Part shown: positions 1 to 14,716 of the stretch, piece after piece
Layout: each line of letters begins with the position of its first letter
Numbering within the stretch: position 1 is the stretch's first letter
NCBI GenBank assembly: GCA_964016885.1
Contig: OZ024751.1
Coordinates: forward strand, 14,074,001-14,138,000
Source: Eledone cirrhosa
Lineage: Eukaryota
DNA: 64,000 nt
Direction of reading: 5' to 3'
Position numbers and translations under genes: made by a program
Notes under the pieces: model-generated
Seen by the model: only the letters and a program-made list of their open reading frames with translations
Database searches by the model: none
What the model was told of the DNA's origin: nothing

Positions 1-117
1 ACTCTTTTAACCATCTTTTGATCTTATATTATTTATACTCCAGTCCTACAAACTGTAGAGTGCTACTTATCCGACATTTGCATTGATTTATTGTGCTACA
101 ATAAACTCACCTCCTAC

Positions 118-119
<2 letters not shown>
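1..119 (+). mobile_element. 3' terminal segment of a dispersed repeat, probably a PLE 3' UTR (second copy at 10737-10858)
   Basis: Near-identical to 10737-10858 (aaccatcttttgatcttata...aactcacctcctacata); both copies end at a microsatellite. Confidence 0.65.

Positions 120-197
<78 letters not shown>
120..197. repeat. (TG)n microsatellite
   Basis: Pure TG run. Confidence 0.97.
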
Positions 198-202
<5 letters not shown>

Positions 203-413
203 TAACGAAGGAGTTGTGGTAAGGAACCAGATGGACCATAACGCACCAGAGTACTCAATACTTAGGGTAGTAGAGTGGGTTATAGGAACAAGTATAACCC
301 CGACGGCAGAGCTCAAGCCGTTTCGACGGGCTATTTCTGGACTGAAATAGCCGTCGAAACGGCTTGAGCTCTGCCGTCGGAGGAGGGGGGGGGGGGGTCA
401 TACTTTTTCATAT
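203..413 (-). mobile_element. Fold-back PLE-like short element, family A copy 1 (3' half of a hammerhead)
   Basis: Palindrome 300-380 centred near 340; GAAAC-ggc..gcc-GTC; GAGTACTC at 249-256; homologues at 57977-58136 and 61109-61292. Confidence 0.75.
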
Positions 414-709
414 ATATATATATACACACACATACACATATATAAGGTTTAGTACGACCACAACTCTTTCGTTCTTTCGTTCACACGATGCTTGTAAACA
501 TGTCTTCGCAAAACAAAACAAAACAAAACAAAACAGAAGAGAAATACAAGGGCGCCGTTCTCACGCATTAAACTTAGAGAGAACTGTTTATTGGGCTTCA
601 CAGGTCATCGAAAGAGCACAAGGCGAGTGTGAAGTAAGTATTGTATATAACACAATTGTCATTGAAACATTCATTTGTGTCAGGTGAAGGTGGATGCTGT
701 TAATTCTAA

Positions 710-737
710 TAGACACACGCCGCAATATGAGTCACAT

Positions 738-829
<92 letters not shown>

Positions 830-870
830 TATGAGTCACATACACACACACGCCGCGATATGTCACACAG

Positions 871-906
<36 letters not shown>

Positions 907-949
907 GGTATGAGTCACATACACACACACGCCGCGATATGTCACACAG

Positions 950-983
<34 letters not shown>

Positions 984-1570
984 GGTATGAGTCACATACA
1001 CACACACGCCGCGATATGTCACACAGACACACACGCGCGCACACACACACACACACGGTATGAGTCACATACACACACACGCCGCGATATGTCACACAGA
1101 CACACACGCGCACACACACACGATATGAGTCACATACACACTGACGCCGCGATAAAAGTCACATACACACACACACACGCCGCGATATGTCACACACACA
1201 CACGCCGCGATATGTCACACACACACACGCCGCGATATGTCATATACACACACGCCGCGATATGAGTCACATACACACACGCCGGCCGCGATATGTCACA
1301 CACACAGACGATATAAGTCACACACACACACACAGACGATATAAGTCACACACACACACACAGACGATATAAGTCACACACACACACACACACACACGCC
1401 GCGATATGTCACACACACATGCCGCGATATGTCATACACACACACGCCGCGATGTCACACACACACACACACACACACGATATGAGTCGCACACGCACAC
1501 CCACGATATGAGTCACACACACACACACACACGATATGAGTCACACACACACACACACACACACGCGTCA
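710..1570. repeat. Compound (CA)n minisatellite with cacgccgcgatatgtcacac / cggtatgagtcacatac units
   Basis: Units recur about every 75-80 bp and shorten toward the 3' end. Confidence 0.9.
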
Positions 1571-1729
1571 CGTACATTTCTGAATCCATAGACTCTCGCT
1601 GGACGTCATTGCGATGACTCGTAGGGATTTCAGTTGCTAATGTTTTACTGTGTTGGCCGTCACATACAGTTATAGCCGACACGGATTGGGATCGAATTCT
1701 GTCGATCGATTGGTTATTGATTAGGCGAA

Positions 1730-1842
1730 ACCCACTGATGAAACCACATGCGCCGATTGTGCATTATTGCATAATAAATGCAGACAGAGGGTGCAGTGCA
1801 CACTATTGCTGCATTAAGTGTGCCCGAAACACGAGTACGGGT
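1730..1842 (+). ncRNA. Type I hammerhead-like motif with enlarged domain II, inside a ~1570-1984 element
   Basis: accca-CTGATGA(1735-1741)-84 nt-GAAA(1826-1829)-cacgag-TA-cgggt; GAGTAC at 1927, then a hairpin and a TA tract. Confidence 0.6.
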
Positions 1843-2079
1843 AAAATTTGAAGGTACCCATTTACGTTTGTTGCATGGAAGCGAACAACTGTGTCTACTC
1901 TGGGAGTTTACTTAACATTACCTATTGAGTACGCTGAGATGCAACCGGTACTAGCAGTGAAATCCATGCTAGCTCGGTTAACTTATATATATATATAAGT
2001 TATTCCGGGTTGAATCGGAGGTAACCACAGTAAGTAAGGTACTCAATACATAGTAGAGTATAAATGTTTTAATAATAAT

Positions 2080-2132
2080 GAGCTTCCTGATGATTTCTCA
2101 CGAGTGAAACAGTTCTAGTCCTGTAGAAGCTC
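2080..2132 (+). ncRNA. Type I hammerhead ribozyme motif
   Basis: gagcttc-CTGATGA-tttctcacgagt-GAAA-cag(ttctagtc)ctg-TA-gaagctc; perfect 7-bp stem I; GUA cleavage triplet. Confidence 0.8.
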
Positions 2133-2182
<50 letters not shown>

Positions 2183-2390
2183 GTATATATAAGTATGGAC
2201 GAGGTGTCAAACTCTGTGTGTGTATGTGTGCGCGTGTGTTCCGTAGAGATTGTTTTGGTAAAAACAGGAGCAAAGAGGAGAAAGCTCTCAACACTTGTAG
2301 TTTGTAGTTACGATGGAGATTCTGTATAATAATAACATTAATAAAGATGCTGATGCTATTTAAATCGTTTATTCGTTATAATTAATTCAA

Positions 2391-2571
2391 CGGTGGATCG
2401 GTAGAGGGTCTGACGCCATGCTTTATAGCAAATAGTTACGGCCCTTTGTGGTCTGAGTTCAAATCCCGCTGAGGTTAACTTTGCCTTTCATCCTTACGGG
2501 GTCGATAAAATAAAGTACCAGTAATGCACTGGGATAATTGCTGGCCTTGTGCCAATAGTAGAAACAATTAT
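2391..2571 (+). mobile_element. SINE with Nin-like central domain
   Basis: B-box gagttcaaatccc, then aactttgcctttcatccttacggggtcgataaaataaagtaccag; several copies in the window. Confidence 0.8.
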
Positions 2572-2658
2572 AATTATTTCAACAGTTCTCCCATGAATAA
2601 ACGATTTATGTAACATCAGCAGCTTTATTAATGTTGCTATTATTATTATTATTATATA

Positions 2659-2877
2659 GTGAAGGCACGTGGTTGAGTGGTGAGAGAATTGGATGCAAAC
2701 GTGAGGCTGTGAGTTCGATCCCTGGACCGTGCGATGCGTTATGTCCTTGAGCAAGACACTTTATTTCACGTTGCTCCTTCTACCTGGATTTGCGACCGAT
2801 AGATAGTATTAGCAATTGGAAAGACCAACGGAAACATTGTTTCCTCGGTCCGATTTGACGAAAGTCGATCGACTGTG
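2659..2877 (+). mobile_element. tRNA-headed SINE (family B)
   Basis: A/B boxes (tggttgagtgg / gagttcgatccc) and gtccttgagcaagacactttatttcacgttgctc body; copies at 7396 and 23535. Confidence 0.8.
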
Positions 2878-2888
2878 TATATATATAT

Positions 2889-3267
2889 AAGTAGAAGGGA
2901 TATTTAATTTGTTGGAAATACAACAAATAAATATAAATGTTTATAACTGATTCAAAGCACTCGACAAGTTTCTGGAGTAAATATTCAATGATATTAAATA
3001 AATCGAAACTATATTTATAAAACCATATTTATTCAATTATATATATTTCAAGGGTATCAAAATTTTAGTACGCTATCATCAGATAAAATACAAAATGTTT
3101 TATAAATATTTGACATGACCAAGGATAATATACCTTAACGGTTCAAGTTATTCCTGGAAAAGTATTTTATCTGATGATAGGGTACCAACATTTTGGTACC
3201 CTTGAAATATATATAATTGAATAAATATGGTTTTATAAATATAGTTTCCATTTATTTAATATCATTG
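2889..3267 (-). mobile_element. Fold-back hammerhead element between TA tracts
   Basis: Inverted arms 2986-3091 / 3162-3267; + arm reads CTGATGA(3171)-tagggtacc..ggtaccctt-GAAA-tatata-TA; GCACTC at 2957. Confidence 0.8.
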
Positions 3268-3352
<85 letters not shown>

Positions 3353-4054
3353 TAGCGAGAATCGCATTTCGGCTATTGGAAATTAGCGAAAAAGAACTTC
3401 CGAAATGTGTAGCAAGCGCTCAATAGAAACGAGTGAACTAGAGCAACAACATACGTTAAAAGGCCAAACACACTGAGACGATGGTTAAACCATTATCCGC
3501 AAAGCGATAGAAACGACCAAGCAATTCGGGTCAAACAAATAATAAAATATGATTGAAAAATATACCCGTCCCCCGGAAACGGTGGTAAAACACAATATGG
3601 GGTTTCTGCAACTCCTAAATCAGGTACTGTCTGCTTAAACAAATAATGTTAAGCTTTTGGTCTGATGATCGAACAAGAAAGTCACTTTTTCAACAGGCAT
3701 TTAGTTCTATGCAAAGCTAAGGAACTGGCCGTTATCTGAACCCACGTGCGGGGTCAGAAGGGAGAGAACCCCTAGTTTTGGCGGATGAATTCAGTATGTG
3801 TAGTTATTGAAAAATTGCAAAATATCACAAAACGAATTAAGCTCTCGACAGAATAGTTTTTAAAATTAACATAAACTTTTAATCAGTCAATAGAATTAAC
3901 TAAAAAAATCAAAAAAATTAACTGGTTAATAGATAGACTCTGGAGATTAATACAAATATAAATTAGCGAGAATCGTATAAACAACTTCCGAAATGTGTGG
4001 CAAGCGCTCAATAGAAACGAGTGAACTAGAGCAACAACATACTTTAAAAGGCCA

Positions 4055-4926
4055 ATGACTCTGCTGCAAAGCATGGTGTCTGACGCTCTACCGATACTGC
4101 CAATACATATATGTGTGTGTGTGTGTGTGTGGTATTGCCTGAATGATAAATAACAGTAGTTTATATATATATATATATATAAATAAGAAACATGGAGTGC
4201 TGCGTGGTTACACATGGGTTACATATGAATAAAATTAGTCCTTCATCAGTGATCTTCCAACCTTCATTGGTATTTCATCGCTTTAAAAATCATATAACTC
4301 TGGTTGGGGCGAGCAATAACTAAATAAAGTTATTGGGACAAGTAAAATAGTGTGAAGCGAGCGAGACATGTAAACAAACAAAGATGGTATTGCAACGGAA
4401 AGATAGGAAGAGACAAGTACATGATATCTATAAGCTTAAGCTTGGTGAAATCGTAGACGAGCGATTCAGACCATCCGACATGGATGAGATGTGAGCGAGA
4501 AAAGGATTTCACACAGGTCAAACGGGAGGAAGTGAGAGAGGGGAGAAGCAGAGAGTGAGTGAGTGAGTGGAAGTGTGAGGAAGAGGCCAACTGAGAGAGA
4601 GTGTGACTGGCAGAGGGGTAAAAAGAAGGTGAGAGATACCGAGAGAGGGGAAGCAGTAAGAAAGAAACAGACAATCGCAGCTGAGAAAAAAATATAAATA
4701 TAAGAAAAATGGAGTGCTGCGTGGTTGTACATGGGTTACATATGAATAAAATTACTCCTTCATCAGTGATCTTCCAACTTTCATTGGTATTTCATCGCTT
4801 TAAAAATCATATACCTCTGGTTGGTGCGAGCAATAACTAAATAAAGTTATTGGGACAAGTATATATATGATATATATATATATAATATATCATATAAACT
4901 ACTGTTGTTTATCATTCAGGCAATAC

Positions 4927-4959
<33 letters not shown>

Positions 4960-5010
4960 TGGCAGTATTGGTAGAGCATCAGACACCATGCTTTGCAGCA
5001 TAGAGTCATG
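4055..5010. repeat. Nested repeats: inverted pair 4055-4165 / 4890-5010 enclosing direct pair 4180-4342 / 4697-4859
   Basis: Direct sequence comparison. Confidence 0.8.
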
Positions 5011-5140
5011 GCCCCTTAAGTTCTGAGTTCAAATCCTGCCGAGATTAACTTTGCCTTTCATCCTTACGGGCTCGATAAAATAAAGCACCAGTAATACACT
5101 GGGGTAATGGCTGGCCTTGTGTCAAAAGTAGAAACAATTA
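4959..5140 (+). mobile_element. Nin-type SINE copy
   Basis: Matches 2391-2571. Confidence 0.8.
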
Positions 5141-5234
5141 TATATGACTAAATAAAATTAGCCTGATACTGGGGTTTAAAACTCTCTAAATGGAAAAAGG
5201 ATGAGTATTGACATACACATACATTATACATCTA

Positions 5235-5525
5235 CATGACAAATCTCACAGGTACGAACCATTCTTTTCGCATTCGCTACTCCTTCAGTTACACGTCTAC
5301 CAACGTTATCTTGCTCTTTTGCGGGTACATCAGAGAAACATGCCGCCGAACACCTGAGGGACATACGACTAGGTAAAGACACCATTGCCGTTCCCTCATT
5401 CACTCTACTCAACACCTTAGTGTCTCAGGCCTCATTTTACACCAGGGATCCACAGCCACTCGCACCAAGGCCGAGCAAAACTTTATTTTTCGCTTTGGAA
5501 CTACTTTTACGAATGGACTCAATTG
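5235..5525 (+). pseudogene. Degraded Penelope-like GIY-YIG endonuclease remnant
   Basis: Manual translation across frameshifts: TGTNHSFRIRYSFSYTSTNVI..YIRETCR / EHLRDIR / EQNFIFRFGTTFTNGLN. Confidence 0.65.
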
Positions 5526-6011
5526 CCCCGCCCCCAGTCCCTATAATCTCCCTTTATCCTTGCTCTCACACACAAACACACAACTCCAGCTATCTCACAA
5601 TACCCACTTTTAGTACACCCGTATATACCACTCAATATATATCTGCCTCGGCACACATAACCTTCAAAATACTACACTTTCTGGTGCATATCCATGTACG
5701 TGCACACGTCCACACAGACCACCAACATACACAGTCCAGGGCGCATGCTTGAGGATACATGTGTACTTGTATCTCTTGCGCGCGAATCTGTGTTTGCGTA
5801 GCACTTACAGCTGTGACGCCATCGGCGTTAAATGTTTTCTAGCATTTACTCCACCCCCACCAGTTCCCGACTCTATCCACCTTCAGGCGCGTAGTGACTT
5901 CACCCTTCGTAGTTAAGCCGTTTGCAGCTGAACCACCCTATCGTCCTACCAGAAGCTAAGCATCTTTTCTTATGACTATACCCGGAAATGAAATATAAAT
6001 GCAACGATCGT

Positions 6012-6273
6012 GTCTTAAGCCAGAAGGCACGTTAGGCCGGTGCTTTCATGACGTGAGCGACTTAGAGTACAAGACACCCCCTGGATAGGACGCCAGTCCA
6101 TCGCAGGGTTAAACCCCCAGCTATTACTGGTACTCATTTTTCAGTTGAGTATATTGAAGCAACGTGAAATGAAGTGTTATTCTCCAGAACACAACACACA
6201 ACCCAACCCAGGAATCGCACGCACGATATTATGATCGTAAGTCCAACACCCTTACCACTAGGCCAAGCGCCTC
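6012..6273 (-). mobile_element. tRNA-headed SINE with Meta/V-like body
   Basis: Minus strand tggcctagtggtaag head, atttcacgttgc, and ccctgcgatggactggcgtcctatccagggg. Confidence 0.75.
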
Positions 6274-6651
6274 AGCTCTTTTTTTTATACAACCCCCTTC
6301 AACTGCTAATATGAGCGTGTATGTATTTGCAGAAACTCATACATTTTATACGTCTATGGGCGTTGGTCAGTTCACGTCTCCATATTCTCACAGCAGCCAA
6401 TTTGGCACGGTCCAACGCCCATCTTTCAAACCACTGCACAAACAAACGAACACACCTAAACACACGCACCCATATATATCTTCAGCCCAAATATACAATG
6501 ATTACCTCCCTTCCTAAACCTCTCTAACGCCAAAGATACCCAATGGCCAGCATCTCTCCAAAATGGCTTAATTACGCAGTGTTTGGGGGGAGGGTGTTCT
6601 CAATTTCTTCTCCTCTCTTTCCTCTTCTCTCTATCTTTTATTTCTCATTCT

Positions 6652-6695
6652 ATATTCTGATCAAGGACTAGTGTCCGAAACGTTAAGACTCTTTT
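6652..6695 (+). ncRNA. Degenerate hammerhead motif (PLE pLTR), probably downstream of the 5235 GIY-YIG remnant
   Basis: CTGATCA-a-ggac-tagt-gtcc-GAAA-cgt-TA; core G8 changed to C. Confidence 0.55.
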
Positions 6696-6829
6696 CCTAT
6701 TATTTCAAGCGCTAAACTAATATATTTCTTCGTACTGGATACCAGTTAAGTTATTTCCTGCAGTGAGTGTAGGAAATAACTTAACAGGTTATTTATTGAA
6801 ATGGGGTTCCGCCGAAGGGTCTTTTGAAT

Positions 6830-7165
6830 AACGTTATTCGATAGAGTGCGTCACTCGAGGTAGAGCCGCTACTTCTCAGAATTGAGAGATCATAGCTCCG
6901 ATACTATGGACATGTGGTTAGAATGTCTCAGGAAAGAATCGCTGGACAGATTTTACGAGCTAAACCCACCGGCAGGAGACCCAGGAGTTGACCCCGAGCA
7001 AGATGGTTGAATAACATCCATGAGCTTTGGCTGGCCTCGCTAGGGGATCCAACCAGATCAGTTGGAGACAGTTGCTTCTGACAGGACCCGCTAGAAGGAA
7101 TGTTTGAGGGCTCAGCCTCCACGACCCTCTCAGGAATAAGTGGACAAAGAAGACAGTTATTTATC
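6830..7165 (+). mobile_element. RTE (Expander/Rex3-like) LINE 3' fragment
   Basis: LEVEPLLLRIERS*LRYYGHVVRMSQERI..TGRRPRS*PRARW. Confidence 0.7.
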
Positions 7166-7360
7166 GATCCTGTCATTACCACTTATTGATCCAGTCATTA
7201 CTATTAACTGATCATTGCATTACTACTTATCGATCCTTCGATTACCACTTATCGATTCTGTCATTACCGCCTATCGATCCTGTTATTACCATTTATCGAT
7301 CCTATCATTACCACTTATCAATTCTTCGATAACCATTTATCGATCATTCCATTACCATTT
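7160..7360. repeat. ~22-bp minisatellite (ttatcgatcctgtcattaccac)
   Basis: About 9 degenerate tandem units. Confidence 0.85.
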
Positions 7361-7395
7361 CTCTCTGTATTTCAATTAATTAGTGAAGAATAATC

Positions 7396-7570
7396 GCGTA
7401 GCTTAGTGGTTAAAAAAATTGCGATCGTGAGGTTGCGAGTTCGATTCGCTGAACGGGCAATGCATTATGTCTTTTATTTCACGTTGCTCTTTCTGCTAGG
7501 AGTTACGACCGGTAGATAGTATCAGCAATGGAAAGATAAATGGAAACATTGTTTCCTTGGTCCGATTTCA
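7396..7570 (+). mobile_element. SINE family B, degenerate copy
   Basis: Homologous to 2659-2877. Confidence 0.65.
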
Positions 7571-7881
7571 TGAGTTCCACCCCACTTCGTAAGTGGGATC
7601 TTGTTGATTGGCCCCTAATGAACAATTTTGGAAGGATTTACTAAAACTATTAATTACTTCATTATTAAGATGTTATTTATAATATATCATAGGAAAAGGA
7701 TCTTATATAAAATTATGTTGGGAGATTTGTACGTGTTTGTATTGTGCATACGCATGCGTATATGTAGACAAAAATGTTACTGCATGTGTGAATCTGTATG
7801 TTTTGACTTAAGTGTATATAGTATATATATATATATATATATATACACATACACACCTCTCTCTCTCTCTCTCTCCATATA

Positions 7882-7914
<33 letters not shown>

Positions 7915-7987
7915 AACTCGAGTTGAGAATCTCTTGGGGGAAATGTCCGCCCTCGAGGATGGTTTGCTCATTTGTTGTGGAACTAAC

Positions 7988-8024
<37 letters not shown>

Positions 8025-8088
8025 GTGTAATGAAAAGGTCACCACGTTTTAATACATTAATACATTTAATACATTAATACATTTACAA

Positions 8089-8278
8089 GGGCGGTGGATT
8101 GGTAATATTGGTAGAGAGTCGGACGCCATGCTTGCAGCATAGAGTTACGGCCCTTTATGATCTGAGTTCAATTCCCGCCGAGGTTAACTTTGCCTTTCAT
8201 CCTTACGGGGTCGATAACATAAAGTACCAGTAATGCACTGAGTAATTGTTGGCCTTGTGCCAATAGTAGGAACATTTA
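8089..8278 (+). mobile_element. Nin-type SINE copy
   Basis: Matches 2391-2571. Confidence 0.8.
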
Positions 8279-8702
8279 TTTACATATGTTGCATTCTAAT
8301 ACAAAGGAGATAGCATTTAACACTTTTGTAGAGAACTTTTCGGAATCTGTATTGAACCTTGACGATCTTCTCATTTTATATATATGCTCTGAGATTTGCA
8401 AATCTATGATGAGCGGTTATCTACAAATTAGATTTATATCTGAACTGTCGCCAATCTCTTTAGAGTTTTAAATATCTGATTGCCTTATATATTTGTATCA
8501 TCAACTTGTATAATTTACCTTATGCACACACACACACACACACACACATCCGTATTATATATTCCGATTAATTTTGTTTCAATTTATTTTTACTTCATGT
8601 TGTTTTATATTTATTTTTAATTCTATTTTTTCCCCGTCCTTTCATGTTTTCCCCGCTAAATCCCCCCCCCCCTCACTCCCTCTCAGAGTTCCACCCCTCT
8701 CA

Positions 8703-8740
8703 CTCTTCTGATGAAGCACTTATGTCCGAAACGTCGTAAA
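8703..8740 (+). ncRNA. Minimal hammerhead-like motif (PLE pLTR)
   Basis: CTGATGA-agcacttatgtcc-GAAA-cg-TC; stem I poorly supported; resembles the 6652 motif. Confidence 0.5.
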
Positions 8741-8826
8741 CAACACCACCCACCCCCCACTCTTACCAAGCCTGAAGCTAATAACACCATGTACCATTTA
8801 CTTCTGCGTTCGTTTGTTTGTAATTT

Positions 8827-9283
<457 letters not shown>

Positions 9284-10856
9284 GATGAGCGGTTCTGCGT
9301 CCTCATACTTGAACAGCTCTCTATCTAAAATCTGTAATCTCTGCCTAAATGAAAAATTTACCATTATCTCTAATCTAGATTCTATAATAAATAGACGTAC
9401 AGATTTGTTTTCTATCTGCCTGCATAAATTCCATAGGACTTTTCACAAAGTATACAGCTAATATTCAATTCTTTATCAATTTAGAATCTTTTCTCAAAGG
9501 CACATATACATACACCTCTTTAAAATATACCCATCTTCCTACCTTACTTCAAAGGGCATTATACACTCTATAATACTTGTTTACTCATTACCCTCACTCT
9601 ATCTTCACCTTGTCAAATCCTTCATAACATATACATTTGTTTTTCTGACCTTAGAATATTCATCCGCAATTATTATTATTTTTTCTCTCCATCATCAAAC
9701 TTTTTAATCTCAATACATTAACTCCCTCTCCTCCTTTTTTTTGACGCTAGAATATTCATCCTTAATAATATATTTTTTTTTCCCATCAACTAACTCATTC
9801 TTAATACATATTAACTCTTTCTTCGCACAAATTATCAATTCCTTCAATATAAAAACCTTAACTTCACATTATTTTTCTCAAATCATCTAATACACAAACC
9901 TTAATAATTTTAATACATATTAACTCTTTCTTCGCACATATTATCAATTCCTTCAATATACAAACTTTAACTTCTACACACAAACCTTAATAATTTTTTT
10001 CTCTTCGTTAATTTTGAAATTGCCATAATACTTATAAACATACACCTTTTTGACGTTAGAATATTCATCCGCAATTATTATTTTTTCTCTCTATCTTCAA
10101 ACTTTTTAATATCAATACATATCAACTCCCTCTCTTTCCCTTCGTTAATTTTCAAATTCTTTTAATTTATACATTATCTTCCAACGGTTCTCAACCTCTC
10201 TATGTAAAACAATATATCTTTTCTCAGTTATAAAAACTATCTCTTTCTCTCTATCACCCATCTCTCCCTCTCCACCTTCACTCTCATCTCCTCCCCTTTT
10301 TTCATCCTATCCACCCACCCACCCTCTCTAAATAAAATATTTTTTTCCTCGTACATATTTTTCCCTTCGTTAATTTTCAAATTCTTTTAATTTATACATT
10401 ATCTTCCAACGGTTTTCAACCTCTCTATGTAAAACAATATATCTTCTCTCAGTTATAAAAACTATCTCTTTCTCTCTATCACCCATCTCTCCCTCTCCAC
10501 CTTCACTCTCATCTCCTCCCCTTTTTTCATCCTTTCCACCCCCCTCTCTAAATAAAATATTTTTCCCAATATCACACATCAATCTAAAACTACTTTTCAT
10601 ATGTTGATTTAAAACTGCACTATCCACAAGTGTTTTTTAGCCTTCATATCATGTTCTCCTGTTTTATCTGATGAAAACACAAATATTATTGCATGATGAT
10701 GTTTGTTTTTGAAATGCGCATAATAAAATACATGGAACTCCTTAAACCATCTTTTGATCTTATATATTATGTATACTCCAGTCCTACAAACTGTATAGTG
10801 CTTCTTATCCGATATCTGCATTGCTTTATTGTACTACAATAAAACTCACCTCCTAC

Positions 10857-10858
<2 letters not shown>
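9284..10858 (+). mobile_element. 5'-truncated PLE: GIY-YIG C-terminal tail (9284-9461) and long 3' UTR with internal duplications
   Basis: [30 protein letters not shown] fits the CxLCLxEKxxI..NxRxExxxxCxH tail; 3' end repeated at 1-119; duplication 10136-10345 / 10362-10562. Confidence 0.65.

Positions 10859-14715
<3,857 letters not shown>

Positions 14716-14716
<1 letters not shown>

Noticed and set aside
675-1591. His/Thr-rich ORFs
   Set aside because: CA-based minisatellite translation
3658-3695. CTGATGA..GAAA hammerhead candidate
   Set aside because: No convincing stem I or stem II pairing
8406-8420. 14-bp match tatgatgagcggtt with 9281
   Set aside because: Similarity does not extend on either side
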